Shown here in pieces: positions 9,670-22,335 of a DNA stretch of 64,000 nt. The DNA lies in the NCBI GenBank assembly GCA_964016885.1, contig OZ024743.1, positions 20,894,001-20,958,000 of the forward strand, given 5' to 3'. Position 1 is the stretch's first letter; each line of letters begins with the position of its first letter. The notes below the pieces were generated by a model. The model worked only from the letters and a program-made list of their open reading frames with translations, had not been told where the DNA came from and ran no database searches. Source of the stretch: Eledone cirrhosa (taxonomy: Eukaryota). The translations under genes were made by a program, and so were the position numbers.

Positions 9670-12600
9670 ATGGCCCTCCCAAAGTATAATAATATCGGTT
9701 TCAACACACGTTTTCAGATAAAGAATCTTGCTAAACAAATTCAGAAACAAAATATCGTAAGCCTTAGCCAGGCTAACAAGATACTGAATACCACCATGTT
9801 CTGTTGTCTACGAAAAACATTAACATCTCGACAACTACACTTTATAAAAGAATGTGACTCATCCCGAGTTTACACCAACACCATCAACACCGATATAAGA
9901 AGATTACAACTTACCAAAAACAAGCAGATAGGCTAAAACGAACACTAATTCTAAACATAAAAAAGATTTACAGAGAAATAAGTCAAGAAAAACATAAGCG
10001 TAACCTAATACAAGAAATAACTAAGATCACCACACCAAAAGAAAAATTAGAATACATAAACATTATACACGAAGAAGAAAAGTACATCATCCTAGAATGC
10101 AACAAACACTTTAACAAGAAATTAACGTGGCTCAAACAGATTAAACTAACCAAGAAACTTCAAAGAATAGAGATAAATATCCAGATAGGATTGATGGTAT
10201 AAACATGGCCGACGTCTCATTAATGGACGAATTTGACAACAACAACACAAATATATACGGCAACACTACAGTAGACCCTGATGAACTATCCATATTACAG
10301 CTACCACCTAAATATGCAACATAAAATAAGGTAAATATGATAAGATGCTTGTCAGAAATAGAAAAAATCATTTACAAAATTACATTGGAGCCTCAAAAAC
10401 AACAACAACAAAAAGAAAAACGAAAGTAACAACATAAACAACATACGCGCAAACACCCACACACAACACACATCCCAACAACTACAGACACAGACACAAA
10501 CAACGATAACAACAACAATACAACAATAATAAAAACATACACAGAAACAACAACAACAGACACAGACACAAACAACGATAACAACAACAGACAACAATAA
10601 TAAAAACATACACAGAGACAACAACAACAGACTCACAGACACAAACAACGATAACAACAACACACACAGACAACAACAATATCAACAACAACACAACAAC
10701 AACACACATCAACAACAGCAACACACACACATCCTATGCCTCTCACCACCACCACAATCTTAACAGACAAACAGACACAGAAAACAGATAATGACAGTAA
10801 CACAGAAGTAAGGGAAGGTAATGGGATTGAAAGAAGGGAGACTTTTGACACTGACAGAGGAAATAACCAGGACGAACACACAGACACAAAATAGACTAGA
10901 TAATAACAATGAGCCAGAGGAAAGAGACAGGAGTAACAATGAGAGACATAGAAACAACCATGAGGCTGTTTGTGGAAATAGAAATAGAAACAACAACACA
11001 ACCAACTATAGCGATAGAACACACAACACAGCCCGGAATTCTACTTTTTATAACCCTTCCGATATGTCCTTCGACCTACAACGAGTGCACGCCACGACTT
11101 TAGCTTTTAACAAATGCACACAATTGCCATCGCAGGTCGATGAACAAACAGAAGCACAATTTAGTATAGCTAGATCTAAATTTAGAAATATTATAGAATA
11201 GTATAGCAAGAAGCAAAACAGAAGGGAGGCCCAGCAACTGGGAGAAAAATCTGCAAATGGTTTGCGTAAGCTCATGCAGCGCTCATGTAATGGAAAGATT
11301 GCATGCTTTCCAACAGACAAGTCTGGCAGAATGTCTGTTGACAGTCTGTCAAACTACATCCAGGCAATGCAACCCCACATCACTAACACAAGAGAAGTAA
11401 CACCACAAGAGCATGAGGATAGGGAGAAAACCCTCAACGCTCATATGATGATGTGGACAAACATAATGCAGCCCAATAAACGGACTGCCAACAATGACGT
11501 GCCAGCGTTGTATGGGCTTCGAAAAGACCATAAGACAAACAGTGACCCAATCACAGGACCACAAACACGGCCAGTCTGTGGAGCTACCATTGCTAGTAAC
11601 TACAGACTTTCCTACTGCCTCTCCCGGATCGTACGCCCCATTATTGAAATTTCCCCAGATATATGTGACAGCATGGAGGACCTCCTCAGCAGAATCAGCG
11701 AAAATAATCGATCTAGGGTCCTAACAGACTGTATAATAAGTAGTATGGATGTAGTGTCTCTATATCCATCCATTGACGTGGATTTTGCTGTGGAGAAATG
11801 CGTAGAAATGATCAGTGTGAGCAATGTTGAATTCCGTGGGATTGATACCAGTGAGCTGGGACTCCTACTTAAACTTACTTATAATAATGATTATCTAGAC
11901 CTTAGCAACGTCTGCCCCACAAGGCCAGCAAGAGGCAGACCACCTACCATTACCTCAATGGTCAAGAAAACCCACACAGAAAGATGGTACGGGTGGACCA
12001 GAGCCATATAGACCCCCGAAAACCATGATGAACTTAAGAAAATGATTGCACATGCGGTGGGGGCCAGTATAAAACTAACCCTTAAGGAACATATGTTCAA
12101 ATTTAATGGAAAAACATATGCCCAAGAGGAGAGAGCAGCCATTGGTGTTAGCATTGCAGGTGACATAGCTAACCTATTCATGGTATGGTGGGACAATAAA
12201 CTTAAAGTTAAAGAACAATTAGAAGACAGCAACCTCTTAACCCTGATAATGTACTCCTGCTACGTTGATGATATAAATATCGTAGTAAAAACACCCCCAC
12301 TAGAGAACAGTCAGGAATTAGAGAAAAACACCATGGAAGACATCCAGTAAATAGCTAACTCCATCCACTAGAATATTAGAGTTACTATAGACTACCCAAG
12401 CAAATACCCCAACCATCGATTACCTGTACTAGACACAGAGCTCTGGTTAGAAACTATTAATAACAAAAAACAATTCCTCCATTCCCATTATGCCAAATCC
12501 ATGACTTCCAAATATCTGATCCACCGAAACTCAGCTGTTTCGGACCATACCAAAATCAACATACTGATTGCGGATTTAGTACGGGTGATGAGGAACGTGT

Positions 12601-13364
12601 CCCGCATGTGCAACCCCAAAGAACTAGAGAGACACATACAACACTTCATCCGCCGTATGCAGTTCTCTGGTTACAATCAGAGAGTTAAAATCAGAGTATA
12701 TAGAGGAGCCAGAATTAAATGGGAAAAAATGGTAAATAATGATACAAATGAGACCTGCCTCTTGTATAGTAGCAAATTTTGGAATAGAATAGAAAGAACT
12801 AGGAATAAGGTTAATAGAATAAACTCATGGTATGATAGCAATAAATACCAGAGTGAAATGTTCATCAATAAAAACCCTAGATGTGAATTAGCTTACAAAT
12901 TTAGAAGGGCCCTAGATAAACATAAACTAAATATTAAGATAGTGGAAAGACCAGGTACCTACATAAAAACACTTATTAGCAATACATACCCTTTTCAAAG
13001 ACCTCCCTGTATAGATAAGAAATGCATAATCTGTAAACTAAGCCCCCATATTAACTGCATATGTACTGAGGGACAATGTAAAGATAAGAATATAGTGTAC
13101 ATAGGTGAAACAGCTCGTAGTATAGGAGAACGATTAAATGAACACTGGCGAGAGCTTCAAGATAGAAAAGAATCATCAGTACTCCACCAACATGCTAAAA
13201 TAGAACACAAGGGCAAATTAGAGAACATAGAAATAAAAATAAAATCTACACACAAAAAAGACGCAATGTTTAGACAAATCACAGAGGCAATAAACATAAA
13301 TGAACTCCAACCAAAATTAAATAGAAAACATCAATGGAATAGCAACATCACAACTTACAATTAA
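9670..13364 (+). pseudogene. PLE polyprotein: N-terminal region, CAA-rich linker, RT, Cys-rich linker and GIY-YIG endonuclease; several stops and frameshifts
   Basis: PTDKSG, LYGLRKDHK, RPVCG, SMDVVSLYPSI (motif A), AIGVSIAGDIANLFM (B), CYVDDI (C), LPVLD, then VYIGETARS..RLNEH..RQITEAINI..PKLNRK. The start position is a guess. Confidence 0.88.
10395..10800 (+). repeat. CAA/CA-rich low-complexity tract with ~60 bp imperfect tandem units inside the PLE ORF
   Basis: cagacacagacacaaacaacgataacaacaac recurs near 10485, 10557 and 10628. Confidence 0.8.
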
Positions 13365-13623
13365 GGACAAAATGAAAACACACACACAGAACAAACAACT
13401 AACTAGTAACATGTAAATAAACAAACAAATAAAAACACACACAGACACCCGGATGTAACACATGCGCAAACTAAGCACACAACACACAAAAACAAGATGG
13501 CGTAGGACAGAACAAAGGAGAGGCACAAAACAAAGAAAAGAATTATATATATATATTATATTATATATATATATTATATTATATATATATATTATATTAT
13601 ATATATATTATATATATATTATA

Positions 13624-13821
13624 TAATAGGAACAAGTAAGACCCCGACGGCTGAGCTCAAGACGTTTCGACGGCTAATTCTGGACTCAGAATTAGCCATC
13701 GAAACGTCTTGAGCTCAGCCGTCGGGGTCTTACTTGTTCCTATTACCCACTCTACTACCCTAAGTATTGAGTACTTTGGTGCGTTATGGTCCACCTGGTT
13801 CCTTACCACATTTCCTTCGTT
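13624..13821 (+). mobile_element. Small hairpin element, copy A (hairpin 13624-13745 plus unique tail)
   Basis: ~59 bp near-perfect inverted arms with 4 nt loop; tail cccactctactaccctaagtattgagtact; TA repeats on both sides. Confidence 0.85.
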
Positions 13822-14018
13822 ATATTATATAATATATATATTATATTATATTATATATATATATATTTATATTATATATATATTTATAAAACCTTATTTA
13901 TTCTGGTATATATTTCAAGGGTACCAAAACTTTGGTACACTCTCATCTAATAAAATATAAAGTTTGTTTTATAAATATTCACATAACCAGGAAGAAGATC
14001 TTAATGGTTGAAGTTTTT

Positions 14019-14175
14019 CCTGTCCTTATCATCTCATTTCTACAGCTGAGTAAACTGGAGCAATGTGAAATAAAGTGTATTGCTGAAGGAAACAACACAT
14101 CACCCGGTCTGAGAATTGAACTCACAACCTTTCGATTGCAAGGCCAATGCTCTAACCACTAAGCCATGTGCCTCC
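14019..14175 (-). mobile_element. tRNA-derived SINE (5' half), followed by (TATG)n at 14179-14293
   Basis: Minus strand tggaggcacatggcttagtggttagagc...gagttcaattctc; near-identical to 39060-39214. Confidence 0.85.
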
Positions 14176-14208
<33 letters not shown>

Positions 14209-15071
14209 TGTATGTATGTATGTATGTATGTATGTATGTATGTATGTATGTATGTATGTATGTATGTATGTATGTATGTATGTATGTATGTATGGTTTCT
14301 CAATATTTCAAACAAATTTTATTTTCCGTACCATTTATTCCTCGCTTCCTAATCTCGGGTTTCAAATATTTAAGTCATAGCACTTCAAAATATATCACTT
14401 GTATATCTGATATCAATATCTAGTGAAATGATTAATATTCTGAAATATTCTGTGAAGTAAACTAATTAAGCAAAAGCAATTGCATAGAGTCCCACCAACA
14501 TTTTAATATCAAACTAGTATTCATTTTGAAATTTCCATGATCCAATAGATAATTTCTTGCTAAAATCTCTGAGACATCAAACAAAACCTGTGGAATAAGT
14601 CTTTCACTATTATACATGATATATTGTATGAGCATATAAAATGTTGATAACCAAATTTGATATCTAATTTTAAGTTGGATATTGTCTGTTGTGTCACTAA
14701 ACAGTTCACTGTGTCATAAATATAGTCCTAGTTACACTCGAAGGTTTCTAGAAAATGTTTTGTAAGTTTCTGTTACATTTAAATCATCTGTTTTATTCAC
14801 TATTCTTACATTGGTAGACAATGTATTAGCTAACTCATCAGTCATTTACATTATTGTATATGTGATTTATCAACAAACTATATATATATGTATATATATA
14901 TGTAGATAAATCGATCGTAAAATGATGAATTTCTTTTAATATAAGGAACTGTTTCTTTGTTTATTCATTATTTTATTAATTTATACATATATATATATAT
15001 ATATATATATAAAGACATTTTTTCCAATTCCAACCTGCCCGTCCCCTCAATCTATCTTATTTTTCATTCTT

Positions 15072-15107
15072 TCTTCTGATGAAGGACTAGTGTCCGAAAT
15101 GTTAAGA
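15072..15107 (+). ncRNA. Minimal type I hammerhead ribozyme motif
   Basis: UCUU-CUGAUGA-A-GGAC(uagu)GUCC-GAAA-UGU-UA-AGA, within a ~190 bp island between TA repeats. Confidence 0.75.
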
Positions 15108-15401
15108 CCCTCTTCCTGCTATATCAAGCGTTAACCTAATATATCCCTTCCATATACTGTACCGATTGTGTTGTTATTTCTGTTTACCCTTTACATATAT
15201 ATATATAATGTAATAATAACAAAAAGGATGAGGTGTTAGATCTTGATTACATTTATTGAGGTGTGATGCACATTGTGCGATTGATCATCTGAAGGTTTGA
15301 TCTATTTCAATCGGGCCTGACTCTGGAATCAAAAGCTCGTCGGACTTCTGGTGAACCTACAGTAACTGGACGTTACAAGCCCTAATCTATCTACCTACCT
15401 A

Positions 15402-15432
<31 letters not shown>

Positions 15433-15434
<2 letters not shown>

Positions 15435-17160
15435 CCAAAGATTTATATGGTTTGTTGATTATTCAACGACTACAACGAATACAATTTTACAATAGATTAG
15501 AAGCAAAAAAAAATATTTTTCAACTTCACTTTCACAATTAGTATCGTCTTTAAAGGACAATAACATTAAATACTCCATCTCTTGAAGGAAATTACGGTAT
15601 GCTTCCCCTTACCGGAACTCAGCAATCTCAGAATTTTGCCATCTTTCCAATGAAGAGATTCTTCACATAATCATGAACTATGACAATTTAATCAACAACA
15701 AAAATGAATTATTTAGTAGTTGTCATCATAAAATTGGTAAAACTTTCCAGGCAATGTACCAGTTCCAAACAAATAAGGACAAATAACAATTTAAATATAT
15801 GTAAATCTTGCCTAATTGAAGCAATAATTTATAAATATTTATATGTACTAGAATAACCTCATTGAGAGCTTTTTATCCTATGATTTGATTAGGATAGTTC
15901 CATATTTAATTAGACATCAATTAGGATATATACAATAGATAGTTTAAGGTTCTTAAGATATCGCTGGATGTGAGAGAAGAGATTCTCTATAAGTTAAAAA
16001 ATGCTTTTACATTGTAAATGAGTTATTTTCCTTTTGTTTACATTGTCCGAAAATTGTTTTGATTAGCTTGAAAAAACATATATAAAATATAAAATATGGA
16101 TTAATAAATAATGATTAATAGTTTAATAATACATAGACTTAAAAGTAAACTATATATATCAGAATAATTAAATACAGAAGTAAATATAACCATTCATTAA
16201 ATGAAATAAAATTTATGGAGAGGAAATATAACCACAGTTGGATTCTAAGAAATAAATGTAAATTAAAAAATAACGAAGTTTCACAAAAAGTGAATTTTTA
16301 AATTTTAAATTAATTTAGATAATAAATTAACAAAATATATTATATGTATTGATGGGGATATATGCATATTATTATATTTTAATACATATTTAATAATTAT
16401 TTAATTAGGCTTTAAAGATAAATTCTTTTAAAGTTGTAGTATAATATTAATAGAATATCTTACCTTATAATAAAAAATTAAAGAATTATAATAATCTAGA
16501 ATGAGCTAAATTAAATTAAATTAATTTAAACATATTAATTTGTAATTAACTTAAATATTTGATTGCTATAGAAAGTAATCTACGCCTAATAATCTGGATA
16601 CAATATAAACTTATAATTAACCAAAGCGTAATCCAATACAAGCGATATTCACTGATAAATATGAAAAAAATTTTAATTTCTAATTTTGTCTAGCAACGGT
16701 TTTTTTATTCTCCCCTCTATTTTATCTTTTCCTTTTCCTCTTCTTCGTTTTTCTTTATTCCTCTTCTTTTTTTCTTTTTTCTCCCTGCATCTTCCCTTTC
16801 TTCTGTTTTTATTCCCCTTTTTTCTTCTTTTTTTATTCATTCATTTATTTATTTGTTTATTTCCCTTCTTTTTCTTCGCATCTTCCATCTCAACTTCCCT
16901 TCTATATTTCTACCTTGCTCTACGTCCTCTTCTTCTCTAAGTTTAACATATTATTTGTGGTATAAAAACGTTGAGAGTTGGTAAAATAAATCACTGCCAC
17001 TATTGGAATGGAATAATCAAAACCGTAGCAGTATGTCGCATATCCAATCTTATATATTTTATCTGATGAAAACGTAGTTAATCACCATTGTACCTTTGAA
17101 ATATGTATAATAAAATATATATTTTGATTATGAGAATATTTTTCATTTATTAATATTTTG
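15433..17160 (+). mobile_element. Old PLE 3' remnant: decayed GIY-YIG C-terminus (15433-15786), long AT-rich 3' region and terminal HHR-like motif (17058-17110)
   Basis: TSLSQLVSSLKDNNIKYSIS*..FCHLSNEEILHII..LINNKNELFSSCHHKIGKTF aligns with the EN at 50283-50705. HHR-like CUGAUGA-AAACGUA...UACCUUU-GAAA-UAUG-UA-UAA. Continuity between these two parts is inferred. Confidence 0.65.
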
Positions 17161-17179
17161 AATAATATATATATATATC

Positions 17180-17371
17180 GGAAAATGTTTAACCCCAATG
17201 GCAGAGCTCAAGCCGTTTCGACGGCTATTTCTGGACTCTAACAGTCCAGAAATAGCCATCGAAACAGCTTGAGCTCTGCTGTCGGGGTTAAAGATTTTCC
17301 TATTACCCACTCTACTACCCTAAGTATTGAGTACTCTGGTGTGTCTGGTTCCTTACCACACCTCATTTGTT
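17180..17371 (+). mobile_element. Small hairpin element, copy B
   Basis: Hairpin 17180-17300, same tail as copy A, TA flanks. Confidence 0.85.
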
Positions 17372-18339
17372 ATATATATATATATATATATGGAAAATGG
17401 ACGTAAAACGATGATGATGATGATAATATAGTATAAATAATGGTGTGCTCATGCACAGAAATGCTATGAAATAGCATATATACATTTTTTTTCTGACTCA
17501 TCAACTTTCGGATCGTGGCGGACTGCCCAGCCTATTTCAGCATAGAAACTGGATGTAAGATGATGATGACGACAGTGATGATGATGACAACGGCAGTGGT
17601 AATCCGAAAGTTTTTAACAACATCTCAATTTAAGTAACAGGAGATAACAATACTACATATGTTTCCTATCATATTCATTTCATTTTCATATTTATATATT
17701 TTCATGTTTTTTTTTTATATTTATCATCTTCTATTTTCCCTTAAAATGATATTCTATATCTAATTAATTTAATAATAAAATTAGAGGGACATCATTTCAG
17801 TAATAATCAATAAATACATACACAGAAACACTATACATATAATATGAATGTGGAACATCCCTATTCAATTTATTTATTTTGCTCTTCCTCTTCATATCTA
17901 TATTTTCTATTTTCTTTTTCTCTACAATGAAAATTCTAGGAAAATGAAATGATTAATCAAATTACAATGACCTTGCTTTGTTTATAAATATATTCAACAA
18001 CTGGATGTTTGTAGCTACAGTTGACATAGAAATATATACATATATATCCCAATAGAAATAAATTGATACATTGATACATATATATAAACACATGCATATA
18101 TTAGTTAGTTATAATAAATGCATATACATACATATATTAAATTGTTCAAGCAAACACACAGATATAGAAACATATACACAATTACGTTTGAATACACACA
18201 AAGAAAAGGACATACAGACATATTAGTAGCACAAAACACTCAATGAGAATGGAAGACTTCATATAGAATAAGAAGAACATTGATCACAATTGCGATTTTT
18301 CAGTTGAAACAAATAAGAAGTTCAATCAACATAAATATA

Positions 18340-19420
18340 TTGGCTGATGTTCTTGGTGGAAACCAGCATATGAGAATTGGGACATGAAGTATAGGGACAA
18401 TTCCAGGGAGATTGGGAAACATGATGGAGGCACTGAACAGAAGAAGAGAGGAAATATATTGTGCTGGAGACAAGATGGAAGGAAAGCAGTGTTAGATTGG
18501 TGAAAGAAAGAAAAGGACGAAAGTAAAACTTTGTATGTCAAGGGTTTCTAAAAGGTGCGCACAGTGTTGGTATTTTGATTTCTGTAGAGTCTGTACACAG
18601 TTAAGTCAATATAGCTAGATTCAGTGAATAGTTGATGATGGTGAAACTGGTGATTGAAAAGGATATGGATATACCCTACAGGCAGGTCAGAATGTTGAAG
18701 TGAAAGACAAATTTTGGTCTACAATAACGATCATTAAAATTTTGAACAATTAGGAAGTTATTGTGGTAAACATGTGGAAAGGAGTAGGGGTTGTGTTAAT
18801 GCAGTCCATTGGGTCTACGAGTATGGTGTGAGGACTGGAAAGGGTGAAAGGATTTGGAAGTTTTTTTATTGAGCTGAGATGTCTATCTATAAGATCTAAT
18901 TCCAGGAATATGAAAATAAACTTCAGGTGGATTCTCATCAAACATCAACTCTCCAACATAAGTGAGATAGGAAAAACCTTCATGATACAACAGTAATCCC
19001 ACTGACGGATGGTGTCACGCAGCACCATCTAGTTGTCTGTGACCTGAGAATGAGAGGTGGAAGGAGAGCTCAGTGTAGAAAATATCATACTAAGACTGGT
19101 TGAAAGAGGCAACTGCTTGGGAGGCACTAAAAGAAGAATGGGAGTGCTTGGAGGTCTCTGAAAGATGGCTTGTTAGGAGTTGTTAGAGGTGTTGTGACAT
19201 GAGGGCTATCAAGACACTTGAAAAATGGTGGTGAGATAATGAAGCTAAAAAGAGGGTTGATGAGATGGGGAGGGTGGCAGGCAGAATATCAGAAAGATGA
19301 AATTTATGGCAAATTTTAAAGCATGTGGTGAGGTTGAAAGTACAAGTAGGTGATTGTATGGAGTGTTCAAACAAACTCCATTAAATGTATATACAGAAGG
19401 TAAGTACATCTAAAGAGTAT
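18340..19420 (+). mobile_element. Highly decayed RTE-type LINE (endonuclease/linker region)
   Basis: Residual peptides VKDKFW, VTQHHLVVCDL and KWW*DNE; purine-rich; no open frame. Confidence 0.45.
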
Positions 19421-19586
19421 TGATGTAAATTAAGTGATGTGGCAGCTACATTTTAGTGTAAAGTGTTTGGGTGGGGGCTGCAAGGAAAATGGCTTGTATT
19501 ATTGATGTAGTCAACATTTATAGTATGACCTAGCTATTTTATTAATATTCTTCAGATATGTGTATATGTGTGTTTGTGTATATATA

Positions 19587-20473
19587 CGAGGTGTGTCAGA
19601 AAAGTTCCAGGTCTGATGTCACAAAAGATTTATTTCAAACCCAAACTTCACACTAAGAGTTTTCTCCTTCAAAGTAATCCCCCTGGAGTCTAATGCAATT
19701 TTCCATCCTTTTCTGCCACGCTTGCATGCACTCCTGGAACGATTCTTCCAGGATCCTCCGTGGTTCTGTCGTCACGGCCTTTTTGATGTCGTCCACGTTT
19801 TCAAAACGAGTCCCCTCCAGGTCGTACTCGAAGATCCATGACTCATCACCGGTGATGACTGTCTCTAGCAAGTCTGGTTCGGTTTCAAGACGCTCGAGGA
19901 TGTCCTGGCACACTTGCATGCATCGACCCTTCTGGTCATCGTTCAGCAGTTTTGGCACCATCTTCGCGCAGACTTTCCGAATGTCCAAATCTTCAGTGAC
20001 AATCTTCCAGACGCTTTCCCAATTCATGCCCAGCTCATTTGCCATCAGTCAAACAGTCAGCCAACGATCGCTACGCACCATCTACCTGACGCACTCAACG
20101 TTGACCTCAGTCCTGGTTTTTGAGGGCCTTCCACTCCTGGGGTCATATTCCACGTCCTCACGTCCTTCTTTAAACCTCTTGCATCACTCAAAAACACGTG
20201 AGCGTGACATCGTCTCATCTCCATACACAGATTTCCCCAACCGTACCAGAAACTTCAAGTTTGTTCGTTGCTCTGTACTCATTGATTGACGACCTGAAAC
20301 AGAGGACATGTATATAAAATTATGAAGAAAAAAGTTTGATCGCTGCAGAGAGTTAAGATTACAGTTACATACTCCAGGGGGATTACTCTGAAGGGGAAAA
20401 CTCTTAGTGTGAAGTTTGGGTTTGAAATAAATCTTTTGTGACATCAGTCCTGGAACTTTTCTGACACACCTCG
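19587..20473 (-). mobile_element. Internally deleted mariner DNA transposon with ~100 bp TIRs
   Basis: cgaggtgtgtcagaaaagttccagg... / ...cctggaacttttctgacacacctcg with TA TSD. Transposase pieces EQRTNLKFLV, KVCAKMVPKLL and ITGDESWIFEYD join directly to GTRFENVDDIK (second and third catalytic Asp deleted). Confidence 0.95.
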
Positions 20474-20514
<41 letters not shown>

Positions 20515-20599
20515 ATACATACACATAAACACACATAAATATGTACATATATATATATGTGTGTATGCAAACAGAAATAACAAAGCAAATGACACAGTA

Positions 20600-21660
20600 C
20601 AGTGAAGAAATATATTAGTTTTATGCTTGATATAGTAGGAAAATAGTCTTAATATTTCGGTTGCAAGACCTTCATCAGAAAATAGAAAGAGAAATTAAAG
20701 AAGAAATAGAAAGATAGAGGAGAGTGAACCATGGAAGTAACGAAAAAAAGTTTCTTTGAGAACAAGTAGGTCTATTCAGATTGCCATCTCTTGGAAAACT
20801 GGAATCCAGCATTAGTCATGTTTTAAAAGGAGGTGATCAAAGGCATCTGTGCTGAAAAGGAATAAAATTGTTTTGTTATAGAATGTGTGTGTGTGTTTAT
20901 CGTTTTGTCTGTACATAGCTATGAGGATATGTGTGTGCATATATAAATTTAAGAGAGTGTGCATGTTTGTTGTTAGTCTGTACAAAGCTGTAAGAGTGTG
21001 TGTTTCTGGCTGTAACTGAGCCATAGGACCCTAGTAGGTGAATATGTGCACATGCGTGTGTGACATTGGACAAGGTAGGAGTGACAGTGGCTAGGGGTAT
21101 AGAAGTAAGTACCAGCATATGTGTATATGTGTGCAATGGTAAATAAAGATTAAAGAGATTGGGGAGGGGAGTTGAGTCCATTAGGGAAACAGGACCTAAG
21201 GCAGAAAATCAGGCTCTGCTCAGTCTTGGTGTACGAGGCCAGCAATATGTGACCTAAAAGGACACCTAGGACTGAATATATAGGAGGAGTGGCCTCTGGA
21301 ATGGAAGTGATGAGCGATGCAGGTATCATTACCAAGTTGTATGTCCTTCAAGTGGTCTTCCAGATGGCAGCCTGTTTGTCTGATGTATATGGACCTGAAA
21401 AGGGAACACCGGAGGGCTTAGACTATGAGGGTAGAAGTGCAGGTGAAGGGATGGCAGATACAGAAAAAACCATTGGTGTCTGTGAGAGTGGTGAGGTTAG
21501 AAATGAAGGAACAAGTGTTACAGCAGGGACGAGAGGAGAAAAATCAATAAGGAAACAATATGACAGAACAATACAATAGAATGGTGATATATATTATTTT
21601 AATGCTTGATATAGTAGGAAAAACATCTTCCATCAAAAGATAGGATAAGAGTGAAGAACT
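20600..21660 (-). mobile_element. Decayed PLE 3' end with partial direct repeat and HHR motif (20647-20681, minus)
   Basis: Minus peptide EQSLIFCLRSCFPNGLN resembles a PLE GIY-YIG C-terminus. atgcttgatatagtaggaaaa is repeated near 20623 and 21602. Minus strand UU-CUGAUGA-A-GGU(cuugca)ACC-GAAA-UAU-UA-AGA. Confidence 0.6.
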
Positions 21661-21794
21661 AGAAAGTTAGACATATATACATATGCATGCATGCATTTAC
21701 ACACACATTCGTACATACACACACACACACACACACGCGCACATGCACGCACCTGCACACACACACACATATATCAGTGGCCTAATGTTAGGTA

Positions 21795-22066
21795 TTGGTG
21801 TTAGGAAGGGCATCCATCCGTAGAAAACCTGCCAGATAGTCCTATATGTGTGAGACTCGGTCACCCAACCAGCCCTGCCTCAAGTGGGACAACTCCCGTC
21901 TAACCCATGCTAGCGTGGAAGATGGACGTTAAACGAAGATGATGATGATGATGATATGGTGGAGGTCCTGTTCTGGCATTCAATCTCTGTCGGGTTCTAT
22001 ACTAAGAGTGTCATAATTTTGTCCTGCCCATGCTAGCGTGGAAAATGGACATTAATCAATGATGAT
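21795..22066 (+). mobile_element. RTE-type 3' UTR / SINE tails (two adjacent)
   Basis: ggtgttaggaagggcatcc...cccatgctagcgtggaagatggacgttaaac(GAT)n. Confidence 0.7.
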
Positions 22067-22080
22067 ATATATATATATAT

Positions 22081-22335
22081 GGAAAAGAGTCAGGACCCCG
22101 ACAGCTGAGCTCCAGCCATTTTAACAGCTAGATCCAAATGGATTGAGTTCGGATCTAGCTGTCAAAATGGCCGGAGGTCAGCCGTCAGGGTCCTGTCTCT
22201 TTTCCTATTACCCACTCTACTACCCTAAGTATCGAGTACTCTAATGCATTATGTTCAACCTGAATCAAAGCCAGCTCAGTGCCTTGGGTTTCACAAAATG
22301 TAGGATTCTGTTTCTCAGGAAACACGGCTGAATGA
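22081..22335 (+). mobile_element. Small hairpin element, copy C
   Basis: Hairpin 22081-22205, same tail tattacccactctactaccctaagtatcgagtact. Confidence 0.8.

Larger units (their letters stand above)
8169..13543 (+). mobile_element. Penelope-like element in partial-tandem arrangement (deleted upstream copy 8169-~9600, near full-length copy ~9600-13543)
   Basis: 8235-9508 repeats 12295-13543 and 8169-8230 repeats 10707-10763. RT and C-terminal GIY-YIG motifs are present, with an HHR at the junction and TA repeats on both flanks. Confidence 0.92.

Noticed and set aside
14100-14175. tRNA gene
   Set aside because: A and B boxes belong to a SINE head that continues into the SINE core and is repeated at 39140-39214 and 49790-49853; no clean cloverleaf.
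15295-15350. Minus-strand CCGACGA...GAAA motif
   Set aside because: Mutated core and poor stem pairing.
16686-16940. Hydrophobic F/L-rich ORF resembling a membrane protein
   Set aside because: Polypyrimidine low-complexity tract within a probable PLE 3' region.
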